Below, in pieces: positions 45,576 through 55,980 of a stretch of DNA of 64,000 nt. Numbering within the stretch: position 1 is the first letter of the stretch; each line of letters opens with the position of its first letter. The notes under the pieces are model-generated. The model was not told the origin of the DNA and did no database searches. It was given only the letters and a program-made list of their open reading frames with translations. Source of the stretch: a virus (lineage: Duplodnaviria; Caudoviricetes); IMG/VR virus record IMGVR_UViG_3300012984_000010; one strand, 5' to 3'. The position numbers and the translations under genes were made by a program.

Positions 45576-46129
45576 GCAATGTTGCTATCTACGGCGGGTC
45601 ATTCGATCCTGTACATTTGGGTCACGTGATGGTAGTCACTCATCTGTTGCTCAACGATCCTGATGTGGATGAGGTGTTGATTGTGCCTTGTTTTCAGCAG
45701 ACAGGGAAGCGGTTGACCAATTTCGAGAATCGCCTTGACATGTGTCAGCTGGCTTTCGGATGGCTCCCCAGGGTCACTGTGAGCTCGATCGAGGAATACT
45801 TGGGAGGTGAAAGTGTCACTTCTAGGTTGATTCAAGCGCTGGTGATCCGGAACCCCAACGCCAGATACCGTTTCGTCATGGGAGCAGATCTGATGGCACA
45901 TGCTCCCATGTGGGAGGGGTGGCACATCATCGAGGATCTGGCTCCTCCCCTCGTGATCGGCCGTGCTGGTATTGCTCCTTTGGGCCCAGGAGACCCGACC
46001 CCTATCTCTCCAGTGGTCAGCTCTTCGATCGTCAGGGAAGCCCTTCACCGGCAAGACTACCACGCCGCTGAACGGTACCTGCCCCGAGAAGTCACCCAAT
46101 ACATCAAACGGCACCAACTCTACCTATGA
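45572..46129 (+). CDS. nadD: Nicotinate-nucleotide adenylyltransferase
   Basis: YGGSFDPVHLGH, R..M..LA, FVMGAD, SSS.VRE. Confidence 0.92.
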   Translation: MSNVAIYGGSFDPVHLGHVMVVTHLLLNDPDVDEVLIVPCFQQTGKRLTNFENRLDMCQLAFGWLPRVTVSSIEEYLGGESVTSRLIQALVIRNPNARYRFVMGADLMAHAPMWEGWHIIEDLAPPLVIGRAGIAPLGPGDPTPISPVVSSSIVREALHRQDYHAAERYLPREVTQYIKRHQLYL

Positions 46130-46380
46130 CCTGCAGACGCCCAACAGAGGAGGGCTTTCTCTAGTGACCCCAATCCGGAGTTCTAGAGAATGCACATCCC
46201 CGAAGTATTACTACCGTTTGAATCGTTCCGTTACCGAGCCAATCATCTGCGGCGTACTCACGTGTTGCGTTTCTGTGACCGTTGTCTACGTAATCGACGG
46301 CGTTGCCGTGATTCGAAGAAGAACCGGACCAACCACACTATTTCGTGGAAAGCCCACCGTAGTACTCAATACCATCCAAA

Positions 46381-46644
46381 ATGAAAACAGCGGCGGAACG
46401 AGCCAAAGAAGTAGCCCAGGATCCTGAGATCAAGGCATGGATCCGCCGTTTTAAAAAGCTTGCGGCTGAGATGCCTAAATCGATTTGGGTGTATGTAGCC
46501 TCTGGAACACCCCATGTGATGGCTTTTTCGGAAGAATCTCAAGATACTGGTACACAGATTTACGAGAACCCAGATGGGGGTATGACTCAAGAAGCTGTCA
46601 TCGCATCTGTGAGAGGCGGTTCTTGGGACGGCGGAGATTGGTGA
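46381..46644 (+). CDS. Hypothetical protein
   Basis: 87-aa ORF. Confidence 0.6.
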   Translation: MKTAAERAKEVAQDPEIKAWIRRFKKLAAEMPKSIWVYVASGTPHVMAFSEESQDTGTQIYENPDGGMTQEAVIASVRGGSWDGGDW

Positions 46645-46645
46645 G

Positions 46646-47095
46646 ATGAAAATAGAAATCAAACTATTGGGCGACCTAGTTATCGACATTCCGAGATACG
46701 CCACCGCTGGTGCGGCAGCTGTCGACCTTCGGGCGGCCATCAAGGAGCCCTTGACGCTGGCTCCATTGGAGAGGGCTCTGGTGCCCACCGGTATCGCGAT
46801 GGCGATTCCTGAAGGCTATGAGGGGCAAGTACGGCCCCGTTCGGGTCTGGCGCTCAAGAACGGCATCAGCCTCACCAATTCCCCTGGGACGATTGACAGC
46901 GACTACCGAGGTGAGGTGGGGGTGATTGTCCACAACCTGGGCAAAGAACCCTTCATCATCAGCCCTCTGGATCGTATCGCTCAATTGGTGTTCACTAGGG
47001 TTGAACAAGCCGAATTCACCAAGGTGGATCAGCTCAGCGACACAGTCCGTGGGGCCGACGGTTTCGGTTCTACTGGTGTAGGTAAATTAGGATGA
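46646..47095 (+). CDS. dut: dUTP diphosphatase (trimeric)
   Basis: [36 protein letters not shown]. Confidence 0.96.
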   Translation: MKIEIKLLGDLVIDIPRYATAGAAAVDLRAAIKEPLTLAPLERALVPTGIAMAIPEGYEGQVRPRSGLALKNGISLTNSPGTIDSDYRGEVGVIVHNLGKEPFIISPLDRIAQLVFTRVEQAEFTKVDQLSDTVRGADGFGSTGVGKLG

Positions 47096-47625
47096 AACTC
47101 AGCGACCTGTTCTACGTGGATACGCTTGAAGGTAGGCCGACCGAATTGTGGCCGCTCACCCACATTGCCAGCCGAAGGCTAGTCTGGCGATATCGTAAAC
47201 CAGATGGCGCCGCTGTCATCAAATACAGCGAGAATCCAATAGACTTGGAGATACTTCAACAGACCACAGGAAACAGGATCGATCTCGACTATTACCCAAT
47301 GACGGATCAGCAGATCGATCAGAACACCCGAGAACTCTTCCGATACGCCTTATCAGAAGAGCCTGATGTGCGGCTGGTTAGAACTGAGGAGCTGGCCCCA
47401 TTTTTCAAGGAAAGTCTGCGTGGCTTAGCCTATGTGGGCGTAGACGAGTCTCAAAAAGACTTGGACCTTGGAGTCCCAACAATCGTCTTACCCAAGTTCA
47501 CCGTATCTCCGGACCGAGTGGTGGGGATAGGGGTGAAGCACTTGGGAGTAGTTTCCAAGAGTCATGAGGGGGTGGGGATGTTCATGACACTAGGTAAGAT
47601 TCGCAGTGCTTATCTGCGCCAGTGA
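47092..47625 (+). CDS. Hypothetical protein
   Basis: ATGA-coupled. Confidence 0.6.
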   Translation: MKLSDLFYVDTLEGRPTELWPLTHIASRRLVWRYRKPDGAAVIKYSENPIDLEILQQTTGNRIDLDYYPMTDQQIDQNTRELFRYALSEEPDVRLVRTEELAPFFKESLRGLAYVGVDESQKDLDLGVPTIVLPKFTVSPDRVVGIGVKHLGVVSKSHEGVGMFMTLGKIRSAYLRQ

Positions 47626-47823
47626 ATCGACGTCTCGCCTGATGAAACGATAACGGGCCGGATCCATCAGGGTGTCGATCGACACCCTGATGACCGTTGT
47701 AGGCCGTGTGTCGTCCGGCATCCTAACGACACATCGAAGTGGTTCACCCTTCCATGGACGATCCAACACAATGACCTGCCGGCCCTCCGTCAGGTCTTGG
47801 TAGACATACCCTCGCTCAATCAT
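47590..47823 (-). CDS. Hypothetical protein
   Basis: After GGTGTA motif. Confidence 0.55.
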   Translation of the reverse strand: MIERGYVYQDLTEGRQVIVLDRPWKGEPLRCVVRMPDDTRPTTVIRVSIDTLMDPARYRFIRRDVDSLAQISTANLT

Positions 47824-47856
47824 ATGCTGTTCTCTACACCAGTCATCAATGTGGCG

Positions 47857-48360
47857 TTATTGCCCGTCGTTCAGACGTTGGACAACAACTCCTTCCCAAG
47901 CATTGGTGATTAGGGCTTCGAGTTCGGGAGTACCCCCGTATCGACGGACCAATGATTCGAGGTCTTCAATCGACACGTAGGGGACCATTCGTTCAGATTT
48001 GAGACGTGGGATAGGCGTTACTTCCCGCCGAGCGTTCGCCATCTTGGGGCTAAGCACCGCCTCTACATGAACCTCGTTGAGTTCGATCGGTTGGCCGTTC
48101 TTCTCAGCCACGAAGACACGCTTTAGGTTGTGAGCGTCCAAAGCATCCGAATACTTTACGACCCTTCGGGTAGCTTCTGTGAAGCCGACTTCTTGGTTGA
48201 AAGGAAGTTGGTATCGGTTGGCGAACCTATCTGGAATCTTGACCTTCCGCTCGATGAGGATTCGCATCCATTCCTCCGGACCTTGAGGGATGGCCTCTTT
48301 CAGGAGGCACTCGATGTCGTCTTTTTCTTGGGGAGTCAGATGGATAAAGCTGGTGAACAT
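47857..48360 (-). CDS. Hypothetical protein
   Basis: 167-aa ORF. Confidence 0.6.
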   Translation of the reverse strand: MFTSFIHLTPQEKDDIECLLKEAIPQGPEEWMRILIERKVKIPDRFANRYQLPFNQEVGFTEATRRVVKYSDALDAHNLKRVFVAEKNGQPIELNEVHVEAVLSPKMANARREVTPIPRLKSERMVPYVSIEDLESLVRRYGGTPELEALITNAWEGVVVQRLNDGQ

Positions 48361-48590
48361 GTTTTCTCACATGTGGGGCGGCTGATGCCGACGTAGACGA
48401 TTGCTTGTGGGTCATATCCAGCTAGACGGGCGTTCGTTTCAGCCTCAACGTCTGTCGTGGCGTGACACCACCAATTGTTGTCCCCCACTGTCTTGAGCCA
48501 AGCGAAGCCGTCTTCTAGGTTGAAGATCAAGGTCTGCTCATCCCCTACTTGGCTGGGCTTTAGGACATTGTGGATTGCTTTCAGTTCCAT
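48336..48590 (-). CDS. Hypothetical protein
   Basis: MELKAIHNV... Confidence 0.5.
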   Translation of the reverse strand: MELKAIHNVLKPSQVGDEQTLIFNLEDGFAWLKTVGDNNWWCHATTDVEAETNARLAGYDPQAIVYVGISRPTCEKTCSPALSI

Positions 48591-48877
48591 CACTTTGATT
48601 TCCGTTGAGGTCTTCGCTTGTTGACTTTTCGGTAGAGCCCTAGGCCGATGTCGTGAGCACTCTTGATCTCGTATCGCCAACCTTTGTTTCGGGTATAGAA
48701 CCGGAACACGACGTAATACAACCACCCATAGGTGGGGTCTTCTTCAGCATCGACGATAGCTCGTACGTAGTATTTGCCTGGTCTAAATACCAGTTTGGGG
48801 GTACCGTGTCCGATAGCTGGACCTTCAAATACATCCCCGATTTCAGGAGGGGACGGGTTCTTGTCTAACATGATCAA
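48590..48877 (-). CDS. Hypothetical protein
   Basis: Coupled ORF. Confidence 0.55.
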   Translation of the reverse strand: MIMLDKNPSPPEIGDVFEGPAIGHGTPKLVFRPGKYYVRAIVDAEEDPTYGWLYYVVFRFYTRNKGWRYEIKSAHDIGLGLYRKVNKRRPQRKSK

Positions 48878-48879
48878 TC

Positions 48880-49308
48880 CTACATCTCAGCTGGAGCTTT
48901 GACGATCTCGAACCAGTCCGATCCATCGACTCCGAGGATGCGGCTATCGAATGCGTCCAGGATGCGGGTCAAGCCTTCAGTCCAACCGGAATCGTGGAAC
49001 GCCATACGTTCCCAAGCGGTCGCCTCTTTGACGTAATCTTTACCTGCCTTGGGGACGTCTTCCTCACCGTCGAACTCAAGATCGTCTTTCGAGATCAAGT
49101 CCCAGCGTTGGCGAAAGTAGACACCCACGTAGTTCTGAGGAGCGTATATCAGGATGTCGAGATGACGATAACCGTCTTCTTTCTCGGAATCGATCTGCAG
49201 CTTCAGGGAAATCTTCAAGGCCTTTTGGCCTTTACCTTCCTGAAATTTACCGGCTTCCTTCTTGAAGGTCTGAACGATGATGCTGGTCAGGACGCTGTTG
49301 GGGATCAT
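48880..49308 (-). CDS. Hypothetical protein
   Basis: After class I motif. Confidence 0.7.
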   Translation of the reverse strand: MIPNSVLTSIIVQTFKKEAGKFQEGKGQKALKISLKLQIDSEKEDGYRHLDILIYAPQNYVGVYFRQRWDLISKDDLEFDGEEDVPKAGKDYVKEATAWERMAFHDSGWTEGLTRILDAFDSRILGVDGSDWFEIVKAPAEM

Positions 49309-49419
49309 GTCCTATAGAACGGAAGACCTGCTGAGGAGTTAAGGGAAAAAGAAAAGGCGCTTCGAACCATTCGAAGCGCCTTTTCTACGACTACCTAGGG
49401 ACGAGGACTTACACCAGCA

Positions 49420-49686
49420 CTATTGAGCGAAAGTGGGCAGGTGGGGAAGGCGGGACACACAATGCCAGCCGATTCCGTGGAAGGTTTCGGAACCGGAGAT
49501 GGTGGTCTCAGCTCCCACCAAGTCCCCCTCATCCTCAGGACCGTCCACTACGACAACCCAAGTAGCTGTCCCGTAGGCGGTTCGCTCTTGACGGCGGACC
49601 TCGGCCCAACGGGTGGGGTACATGGCGCCGCTGTTTAGTTTGACCAATTGACCGATGGGGAGTTGGTGTGCATGTCGTTGTGTCAT
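49420..49686 (-). CDS. Hypothetical protein
   Basis: After class I motif. Confidence 0.65.
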   Translation of the reverse strand: MTQRHAHQLPIGQLVKLNSGAMYPTRWAEVRRQERTAYGTATWVVVVDGPEDEGDLVGAETTISGSETFHGIGWHCVSRLPHLPTFAQ

Positions 49687-49724
49687 GTGAGATAGAACGG
49701 AAGGGGGTTCAGAAAATTAAGGAT

Positions 49725-49952
49725 CTACAGTGTGAGATGGTGGGGCGCCAGCAAAGCTAGCTTGTGAATTTCTTGATTGGTCCAGCCAAGATTGCGGAAG
49801 ACCCAATATAGTTCCGGTTCTGGCACCACTACATCCAATTCTATCAGACAGAAAGCCGCCCCAGCTGGACCATTTTTGGCAGCATCGTCTTGGAACAGGT
49901 TGAGGAGAGCGAATCTGTCCTTCAGGGACAGCTTCATGAAGTGTTGTCTCAC
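49725..49952 (-). CDS. Hypothetical protein
   Basis: Coupled ORF. Confidence 0.5.
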   Translation of the reverse strand: MRQHFMKLSLKDRFALLNLFQDDAAKNGPAGAAFCLIELDVVVPEPELYWVFRNLGWTNQEIHKLALLAPHHLTL

Positions 49953-50269
49953 GACTCTCCAGTGAGCTCCAAGGCCTTGATGAAAGCCAAGGCTCGCCCG
50001 TAAGCTTCCAAGGATTCGATTCCCGATACGGTAGACGAGCTACCGATCTTGAAGGATCCGTCTTCGAACACATCAATGATGAAAATTCGGTGGAACTGAT
50101 CCCTACCATTGAAACTGACGGTCGCCACACTAGTGCGAACCTCGCCGTTGCGGAAATCGTCGTACCTTCCGATTTCGATTCTGTCCAAAGGGGTCATAAC
50201 TTCGGCCGCCACCACTTGGACGCGCATCATGTTGATCTTAACGTTTTCCGGCTTCTTCGTTTGGGTCAT
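49949..50269 (-). CDS. Hypothetical protein
   Basis: After class I motif. Confidence 0.65.
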   Translation of the reverse strand: MTQTKKPENVKINMMRVQVVAAEVMTPLDRIEIGRYDDFRNGEVRTSVATVSFNGRDQFHRIFIIDVFEDGSFKIGSSSTVSGIESLEAYGRALAFIKALELTGES

Positions 50270-50309
50270 ACCCGACAGAACGGATCGGGGTTCAGAAAGT
50301 TAAGCCGCG

Positions 50310-51113
50310 TCAGTCCAAACCCAAGAATTTCGTGTACCCTGCGTCCGCATATATGAGGTATCCTCGGCCAGAGGTATCACTCACCGCGGGGGTATCGGTA
50401 CCTGCATCAACGTCTACTGTGGTGCCGCCACCGCTCTCAACCGGCTCAGAGGCATCGGTTGCAGGAGCACCTGTTATGGTCCAGTTGCCGCCCGTACCAC
50501 CGTTCACCTCAACATTGGTCGATGAATCGAGGTCCAACCAATGTAGGTTGGTTCCGGAAGGAGCAATACTTTGACGGGCATTCTGGGAAGCTGTCAAAGC
50601 AGCCGCATCACTAATGGTGGTAGCCTGACACCAAAATCCTTTGACGTTACAATCCGGTTGCTCTTCACCGAATTGGTCATTTCCAATATACAGACCGTAC
50701 CCCGCACCAGTGAGAGCTGTAGCACAGTCAATTGAGATTGATGTCCAAGTAGTTACATTCTCTGCCCTGTATCTGAGTGTGTAGACTGTACCTGACCCGC
50801 TATACTGCAACACGAAAGCTCGCCAAGCAGTGTCGGAGCCGCTAACAATCACATGTGTGTCGATACTTCCACCTCCGTTTGCGAAAGTGAATGTTGAAAG
50901 ATCAGTGCTACCTGATGCAACAGCTAGTTGGAAGCCTTGAGAAGCGCCTCCAGTATTACCGAACGCCACAACTGCAGTGTCACCTGCAGGACTATAACCT
51001 CCAGTTCTAACTTGTGACCACCAACCCATATGATAGGCAGCGTTAAGAGTTGGAAGAGTTGTAGTGCTGAGACCGTCCAGAGTAAATCGTACTGAAGTCA
51101 TGCTAATCCCCAA
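50310..51113 (-). CDS. Beta-rich Gly/Thr/Ser-rich protein, probably virion surface (LamG/ConA-like)
   Basis: Composition and position after three paralogous beta-rich genes. Confidence 0.55.
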   Translation of the reverse strand: MGISMTSVRFTLDGLSTTTLPTLNAAYHMGWWSQVRTGGYSPAGDTAVVAFGNTGGASQGFQLAVASGSTDLSTFTFANGGGSIDTHVIVSGSDTAWRAFVLQYSGSGTVYTLRYRAENVTTWTSISIDCATALTGAGYGLYIGNDQFGEEQPDCNVKGFWCQATTISDAAALTASQNARQSIAPSGTNLHWLDLDSSTNVEVNGGTGGNWTITGAPATDASEPVESGGGTTVDVDAGTDTPAVSDTSGRGYLIYADAGYTKFLGLD

Positions 51114-51859
51114 GCTGAGAAGGCTGTGGCACTGAAGATCTTCGGATCATCTTGTTGCCCAGGTGAGTTGTTTTCTCGATAGAACCCTATTCCAGGATTC
51201 CCTATGCGGTAATATGCAGATCGTGCAGGTGTGATTCCTATTTGAGTCACCACACCAGTGGTGGCGCGAACCATCCAAACGGTGACGACTCCTGTTTGAG
51301 TCGTGTCGTTAAGAATCAATTGAGCACGGAGCTTGTCTCCGTCATGCACTCCGTGACTTTGGAAAGCTGATGAGAACTCGTCTACCGTATCAGTACCGTC
51401 GAGAAACCTAGCCACATATCCCAGAATCCCGTACTTACCTTGCAACAGATTGATCTCAATTCCGTCAAAGTCAGTGTCGTTATATTTGGCGTCACCAGGA
51501 TTAGTACCCACGTGACGAACGGGTCCGAACTTGGCTCCCAACAGCAATTCAACCTCAAGATCTCCCACTGGAGTGGCAGTTAGCGAGATGGTTAGTTCAC
51601 AACCGTGGTTATGTGGGAACCCACTGAGGAACGCCTGAGAGTCGTTGTAGACTGGAATGAATTTCTCATCTCCCGTTTGGTTTCCCCAGCAAACACCACT
51701 CCCTTTCTGACAAGCTGGTTGATACGGGCTGCCAGTCGTCCAAACTCCGCCTTCAGAAAGCGGGTTTTCAGCCGAACCGCTGAAAGTGGTTGAGTAAGTT
51801 GGTAGTGCAACCTGGTCTAGTGAAGATCGGTGGTTTAGGTCTACATCAATCAGACTCAT
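51098..51859 (-). CDS. Tandem paralog 3 (MSLIDVDLNHRSS family), probable virion surface protein
   Basis: Shared N-terminus and E.PLSE.G.W...G.PGIGFY pattern. Confidence 0.7.
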   Translation of the reverse strand: MSLIDVDLNHRSSLDQVALPTYSTTFSGSAENPLSEGGVWTTGSPYQPACQKGSGVCWGNQTGDEKFIPVYNDSQAFLSGFPHNHGCELTISLTATPVGDLEVELLLGAKFGPVRHVGTNPGDAKYNDTDFDGIEINLLQGKYGILGYVARFLDGTDTVDEFSSAFQSHGVHDGDKLRAQLILNDTTQTGVVTVWMVRATTGVVTQIGITPARSAYYRIGNPGIGFYRENNSPGQQDDPKIFSATAFSAWGLA

Positions 51860-52605
51860 GGCAACCCCACTGCTGAGAAAGCCGTGATGCAAAACTTCTG
51901 ACGATCAGAATCAGTCGTGTTATCCTGGTTGTAAAACCCGATACCTGGTTGACCAATCAGATAAAGAGATGTGTCGGTATGCGAGCCGAAGATGGTCTCG
52001 GAGCCACCACGCTTCATCGAAACGGTGACGGTCCCTGTCAGATCAGTATCGTTAAGCACCAACTGGGCACAGAAGATATCGCCGTCGTTGGGGATACCCC
52101 AGGAGGTGCCCGCCGCACTCAGGTCTAGACCTACGTTGTCGAGGAAACGGTAGATACCTACGAAGATTCCGAATTGTCCAACGGCGAAGTTGCACTCACA
52201 TACGTTGGTGTGTGTGGGACCATAGAACGGCGTCGGGCTTCTGAGGGCCCCCACCGAAGCTCCCAGCAAACACTCAACCTCAAGATCACCACTCCAACTG
52301 GCTCCCTTGTGGATGGTGATCTCCACTCGTTGGTTACGGCTATAGAAAACATTAGGCGAAAGCCAAGCTTGGGAATCGTTGTACTTCCCTGGAGTGCCGT
52401 CAGGTTGTTGGTACTCCAGCCCTGATTGGGTGTTGAAAGCTAATCCATTTGCAGTCTTAACGACTGTCGATAATGAATCGGCTCCAGTAATCCACGCACC
52501 TGACTCAGAGATAGGGTTCTCTGTAGCACTGAAAGTGGTACTGAAAGTGGTGGGCACCGCATCCAGTGATGACCTGTGATTTAGATCCACGTTAATCAGG
52601 CTCAT
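51856..52605 (-). CDS. Tandem paralog 2 (MSLINVDLNHRSS family)
   Basis: As above. Confidence 0.7.
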   Translation of the reverse strand: MSLINVDLNHRSSLDAVPTTFSTTFSATENPISESGAWITGADSLSTVVKTANGLAFNTQSGLEYQQPDGTPGKYNDSQAWLSPNVFYSRNQRVEITIHKGASWSGDLEVECLLGASVGALRSPTPFYGPTHTNVCECNFAVGQFGIFVGIYRFLDNVGLDLSAAGTSWGIPNDGDIFCAQLVLNDTDLTGTVTVSMKRGGSETIFGSHTDTSLYLIGQPGIGFYNQDNTTDSDRQKFCITAFSAVGLP

Positions 52606-53261
52606 AGGGTTGTCGCCTGGAAGTGGGTGAATCCGTATTTGTTGCCGGCCGGCGATCCCTCAGAATAGAAGCCTATGCCAGGTGCACCACTGGTGAACTG
52701 TGTATCAGTTCCGCTAGCGATCGGACTACCGTTTAGGTATACGTTGATCGAACTGCCAATGATTGTGGCGCTAAAAATGTCTCCGTCATTGACCCCACCC
52801 GATACAGGATTGCCTGAGCTGACCCATGTGAAGTCGCCCAGAGTGGTGCCTTTGCCAGATGTCGGCCATTTGATGATCTCGGCATACCCACCGTCATGGG
52901 CAAGGTTACATTCATATCCGTAGGAGACATGAGGGCCATCGACCCAACGAAGCAAGATTTCCGTCTCTTGGAAGTTGCTAGTTCCTGATGCCTTGTGGAT
53001 CGTGACGCTGACCGATTGATTGGGCCCGAAGCCCATCCCGGCCAAGATGGCGTATGAGTCATCGAAACCGTTAGTTCCGGCCTGAGTGCCGTACGCAATA
53101 CCGCCGGACTTGATGACGTTGGTCCAATCAAGTCCATGGTTCTGCCAGACCCCACTTTCGGACAGCGGGCTTTCCGAGCCAATGAAGTTGGTCGAATAGC
53201 TGACAGGCGCTACATAGTCTGTAGATGACCTGTGGTTAAGGTCTACATTGATCAAGGACAT
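52602..53261 (-). CDS. Tandem paralog 1 (MSLINVDLNHRSS family)
   Basis: As above. Confidence 0.7.
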   Translation of the reverse strand: MSLINVDLNHRSSTDYVAPVSYSTNFIGSESPLSESGVWQNHGLDWTNVIKSGGIAYGTQAGTNGFDDSYAILAGMGFGPNQSVSVTIHKASGTSNFQETEILLRWVDGPHVSYGYECNLAHDGGYAEIIKWPTSGKGTTLGDFTWVSSGNPVSGGVNDGDIFSATIIGSSINVYLNGSPIASGTDTQFTSGAPGIGFYSEGSPAGNKYGFTHFQATTL

Positions 53262-53355
53262 GGGAACACCCCATTCCTTGATCGGCAGTTATGTTGCTCG
53301 TGAATCACCATGGCCTTCGAAATGGCCGTGGCAAAAGAGCACTATTGAGCTTTGA

Positions 53356-53862
53356 TTAAGCCCAGAATGTGTAGATAGATTCCTTCAGACGGGCCGCAAC
53401 ATCTTGGATCCCCAAGAAATTGGTCAAGGCCAAGACCGTGAAGGGGACTTCCCCTCTGAGATGTGGGTAAATCCCCACCTCTAGTTCAGCATAGCGAGGT
53501 TCCAGCTCGTTTTTAGCTGTTGATTCTGAATAGTAGTCGATCGAATCATCGTACCGTCGAAGTTCTGGGTGTCCAGGAGGGATAAGTTGCAACACACCTT
53601 CAATCCCGAACTCTTCATCGTGAATCACACAGTCCCCCAAGCGTAACTTCTTGGCCGAATCTTTCAAAAGGCACTCGAATAGCACCAAGTCTGTCCTGAA
53701 CGAGGGGGTTTCCGGCGGCAACTGCCGGCGGTTCTTCTTGATCCAGCCTAGGAACTGCTGAAGAGAGCAGTCCCAGGCCCGTTCCTGGATGTCTCGCCAA
53801 TCTTTGGGCGGTACAAAGTCCTGCACACCGTATCCGACCGACTTGTGTATTCGAATGCCCAT
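53356..53862 (-). CDS. Hypothetical protein
   Basis: 168-aa ORF. Confidence 0.65.
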   Translation of the reverse strand: MGIRIHKSVGYGVQDFVPPKDWRDIQERAWDCSLQQFLGWIKKNRRQLPPETPSFRTDLVLFECLLKDSAKKLRLGDCVIHDEEFGIEGVLQLIPPGHPELRRYDDSIDYYSESTAKNELEPRYAELEVGIYPHLRGEVPFTVLALTNFLGIQDVAARLKESIYTFWA

Positions 53863-54010
53863 CAGCTGTTCAGAATTATCAGAATCAAATGAACGGTCAC
53901 TGAAGCTGTGCAGCCTATCGCCGCCAGAGCAACCTCATATCGCTCAGCCGCCACTGCCAGCAAACCAATCGACATCGAGGTTAGTCCAACACCCGCCCAA
54001 TGATAAGACT

Positions 54011-54391
54011 TCATGGGATAGGTACGTCCAAATGTTGGGCAAAACTAACAGGGGGCTTCGAATCCCAAATGCCTTCGATAGACCTCAAGTTCTGTCGATA
54101 GATAGCGTGCAGCCCTTTTCCCACCGGCATCAGCAGGTGCAAGAATGAAGTGTCGTCCAAAATCTCATGGTTGACTACTTCTACGGCGGTCCCCATCAAG
54201 ATCACTTCCTGAGGCTCGTCAAGATTAATCTCTGGGAAGAGTGCGTTCCGCTGCAAATACAGCATCGTACCGATTGGAAAATCTTTCGTCAAAGAGAGGG
54301 CTGAGGTCAGTAACCCAATATTTTTCAACCCATGCTCCAACCCATCAAGCAGCTGTTGGAGTTTGGTTACACTTTCCGACAGGTCAGCCAC
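54011..54391 (-). CDS. Hypothetical protein
   Basis: 126-aa ORF. Confidence 0.55.
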   Translation of the reverse strand: MADLSESVTKLQQLLDGLEHGLKNIGLLTSALSLTKDFPIGTMLYLQRNALFPEINLDEPQEVILMGTAVEVVNHEILDDTSFLHLLMPVGKGLHAIYRQNLRSIEGIWDSKPPVSFAQHLDVPIP

Positions 54392-54803
54392 CTAACGGCC
54401 CCATCAGCGTCAAGGTTCTCTCTAACACATCGACGGTGTTGCGTGAGGTCATGCAGTCTGACGGGTATTCCCCCATCAGCTTAACGATTCCAGATGGGGA
54501 AGTGTAGAAAACCTCCATCCTCAACAAGGAATCCTGCATCTGAAAAGAGACGGTTGCGGGCTGTCCTTGGGCAAACGATATCGTCACAGTGAAGTTGACG
54601 TCTTGGTCGATGATCAGGAAACGTTCCGGCACCCTGAGTTCCAGGTACTTCTCAGCCGTTGGCCGGATGACCGCTTTGAAGCAAAACAGCTTTCGTGACC
54701 TGGCTTCATCCGGTCCCAATTGGATCTTTGGTATAGCCGAGTTGTAGACTGCGGCTCGGTTTTGGATGTAGGCTTCTTCTTCGGGCGTTAAGTGCGGTTT
54801 CAT
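54384..54803 (-). CDS. Hypothetical protein
   Basis: Divergent TACACC/GGTGTA motif upstream. Confidence 0.6.
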   Translation of the reverse strand: MKPHLTPEEEAYIQNRAAVYNSAIPKIQLGPDEARSRKLFCFKAVIRPTAEKYLELRVPERFLIIDQDVNFTVTISFAQGQPATVSFQMQDSLLRMEVFYTSPSGIVKLMGEYPSDCMTSRNTVDVLERTLTLMGPLGG

Positions 54804-54836
54804 GCACCTGATTTACACCGCGGTGTACGACGTAAG

Positions 54837-55157
54837 ATGGGACCTTTTCGAATCAAGCCGTCCGAGTATAGGGTCGAGATCTCTGGCGAGATACACTTCA
54901 TTTGGCAATGGGGTGTAGAACTTGTATTCCCCATTGGAGGTGTGGTGGGAGACAAGTTCCCCGCCGACCGATGGCTCCATCAGGTCACAGTAGACGAAAA
55001 TGGCAACATTTCTACTAGAACCGACGAAGACCCCGCCCCTGAGGACATTCTGGTCACTGCCGAGATTGAAGGCATTCGGAATCTGGTAGTGATCGCTCCA
55101 GATCGGATGAAAGAGGCCAGAACCGTGGTGATGCTCAAAGAGGTACGGTTGTTCTAG
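54837..55157 (+). CDS. Hypothetical protein
   Basis: After GGTGTA motif. Confidence 0.55.
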   Translation: MGPFRIKPSEYRVEISGEIHFIWQWGVELVFPIGGVVGDKFPADRWLHQVTVDENGNISTRTDEDPAPEDILVTAEIEGIRNLVVIAPDRMKEARTVVMLKEVRLF

Positions 55158-55687
55158 CAGGCGACTTGTCGGAAAGTCAGGTTCAAGCGAGGCCCTGATT
55201 TCTTGCTGGTGCGAGGGATGCTGTGCTGCCACTCTTCTTGGACGCCAGGCGGCATGAATAGAATCGACCCGTGGTGGAGGTCAAAAGATTGTTTGACCTG
55301 ATGATCGTCCTTCCGGCGAAGCTTGAAGGTCCTGGTCGCCCCTAACGACAGGCTAGCAACCGCCATCGGCGAAACGAAGATCTTCTCATCGTCTGAATGC
55401 CAGCCGACCGTGTCATTACCGTCTCGGTAGTAGTTGAGCAACACCGCGTTGTACTGCTGTTCGGTCATCTGTTCGACCCGACCCTTTAGGTCCAAGATGA
55501 TGGAAGGCATCTGGTTCGGCTCCCAAACGATGCCCGAATAGGCGTACCGTTTGGGGCCGTACCACTGGGTCAGTCGTGGTTGAGGGTAGACCTCTCCGTA
55601 CACGGTAACGGACCGCTGTTCGAGTGTCACCGCCTCTAGAACGCCCTCTAGACTCAAGTCGGACAAGGTTCCGACGATACGGGTCAT
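55154..55687 (-). CDS. AlkB-family 2OG-Fe(II) dioxygenase
   Basis: QPRLT.WYG, LLNYYRDG.D.VGWHSDDE, WQHSIP, RLNLTFR. Confidence 0.92.
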   Translation of the reverse strand: MTRIVGTLSDLSLEGVLEAVTLEQRSVTVYGEVYPQPRLTQWYGPKRYAYSGIVWEPNQMPSIILDLKGRVEQMTEQQYNAVLLNYYRDGNDTVGWHSDDEKIFVSPMAVASLSLGATRTFKLRRKDDHQVKQSFDLHHGSILFMPPGVQEEWQHSIPRTSKKSGPRLNLTFRQVAC

Positions 55688-55941
55688 GATTCACCAAAGA
55701 ATTCACGCTTGGACGAGCTGGTGTCAATGACCTCCAGACGCGGGTCACCCGTCAGAATGTTCAGGTTGATTTGAAGCCATGTCAGCCCGTAACCTTCCCT
55801 GGACTGTATCTCAAGGTAGGGAGGATATTTACCGGGGCCTGCCGCTTCCAGTTCTGGGAAAGGGGAGGTACCTTCGATTTGAATCGAGATTTTGTCTACA
55901 TGCCCAGGACGAAGGATTAGAGTTACCTTTTTGATCTTCAT
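55684..55941 (-). CDS. Hypothetical protein
   Basis: Coupled ORF. Confidence 0.55.
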   Translation of the reverse strand: MKIKKVTLILRPGHVDKISIQIEGTSPFPELEAAGPGKYPPYLEIQSREGYGLTWLQINLNILTGDPRLEVIDTSSSKREFFGES

Positions 55942-55980
55942 GGAATCTCTAACGGCCGTTAGTCGGAATCCCTAAAGCCC

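Noticed and set aside
50310-53261. Diversity-generating retroelement targeting the tandem paralogs
   Set aside because: No reverse transcriptase is present, and I found no near-identical template/variable repeat pair differing at adenines.
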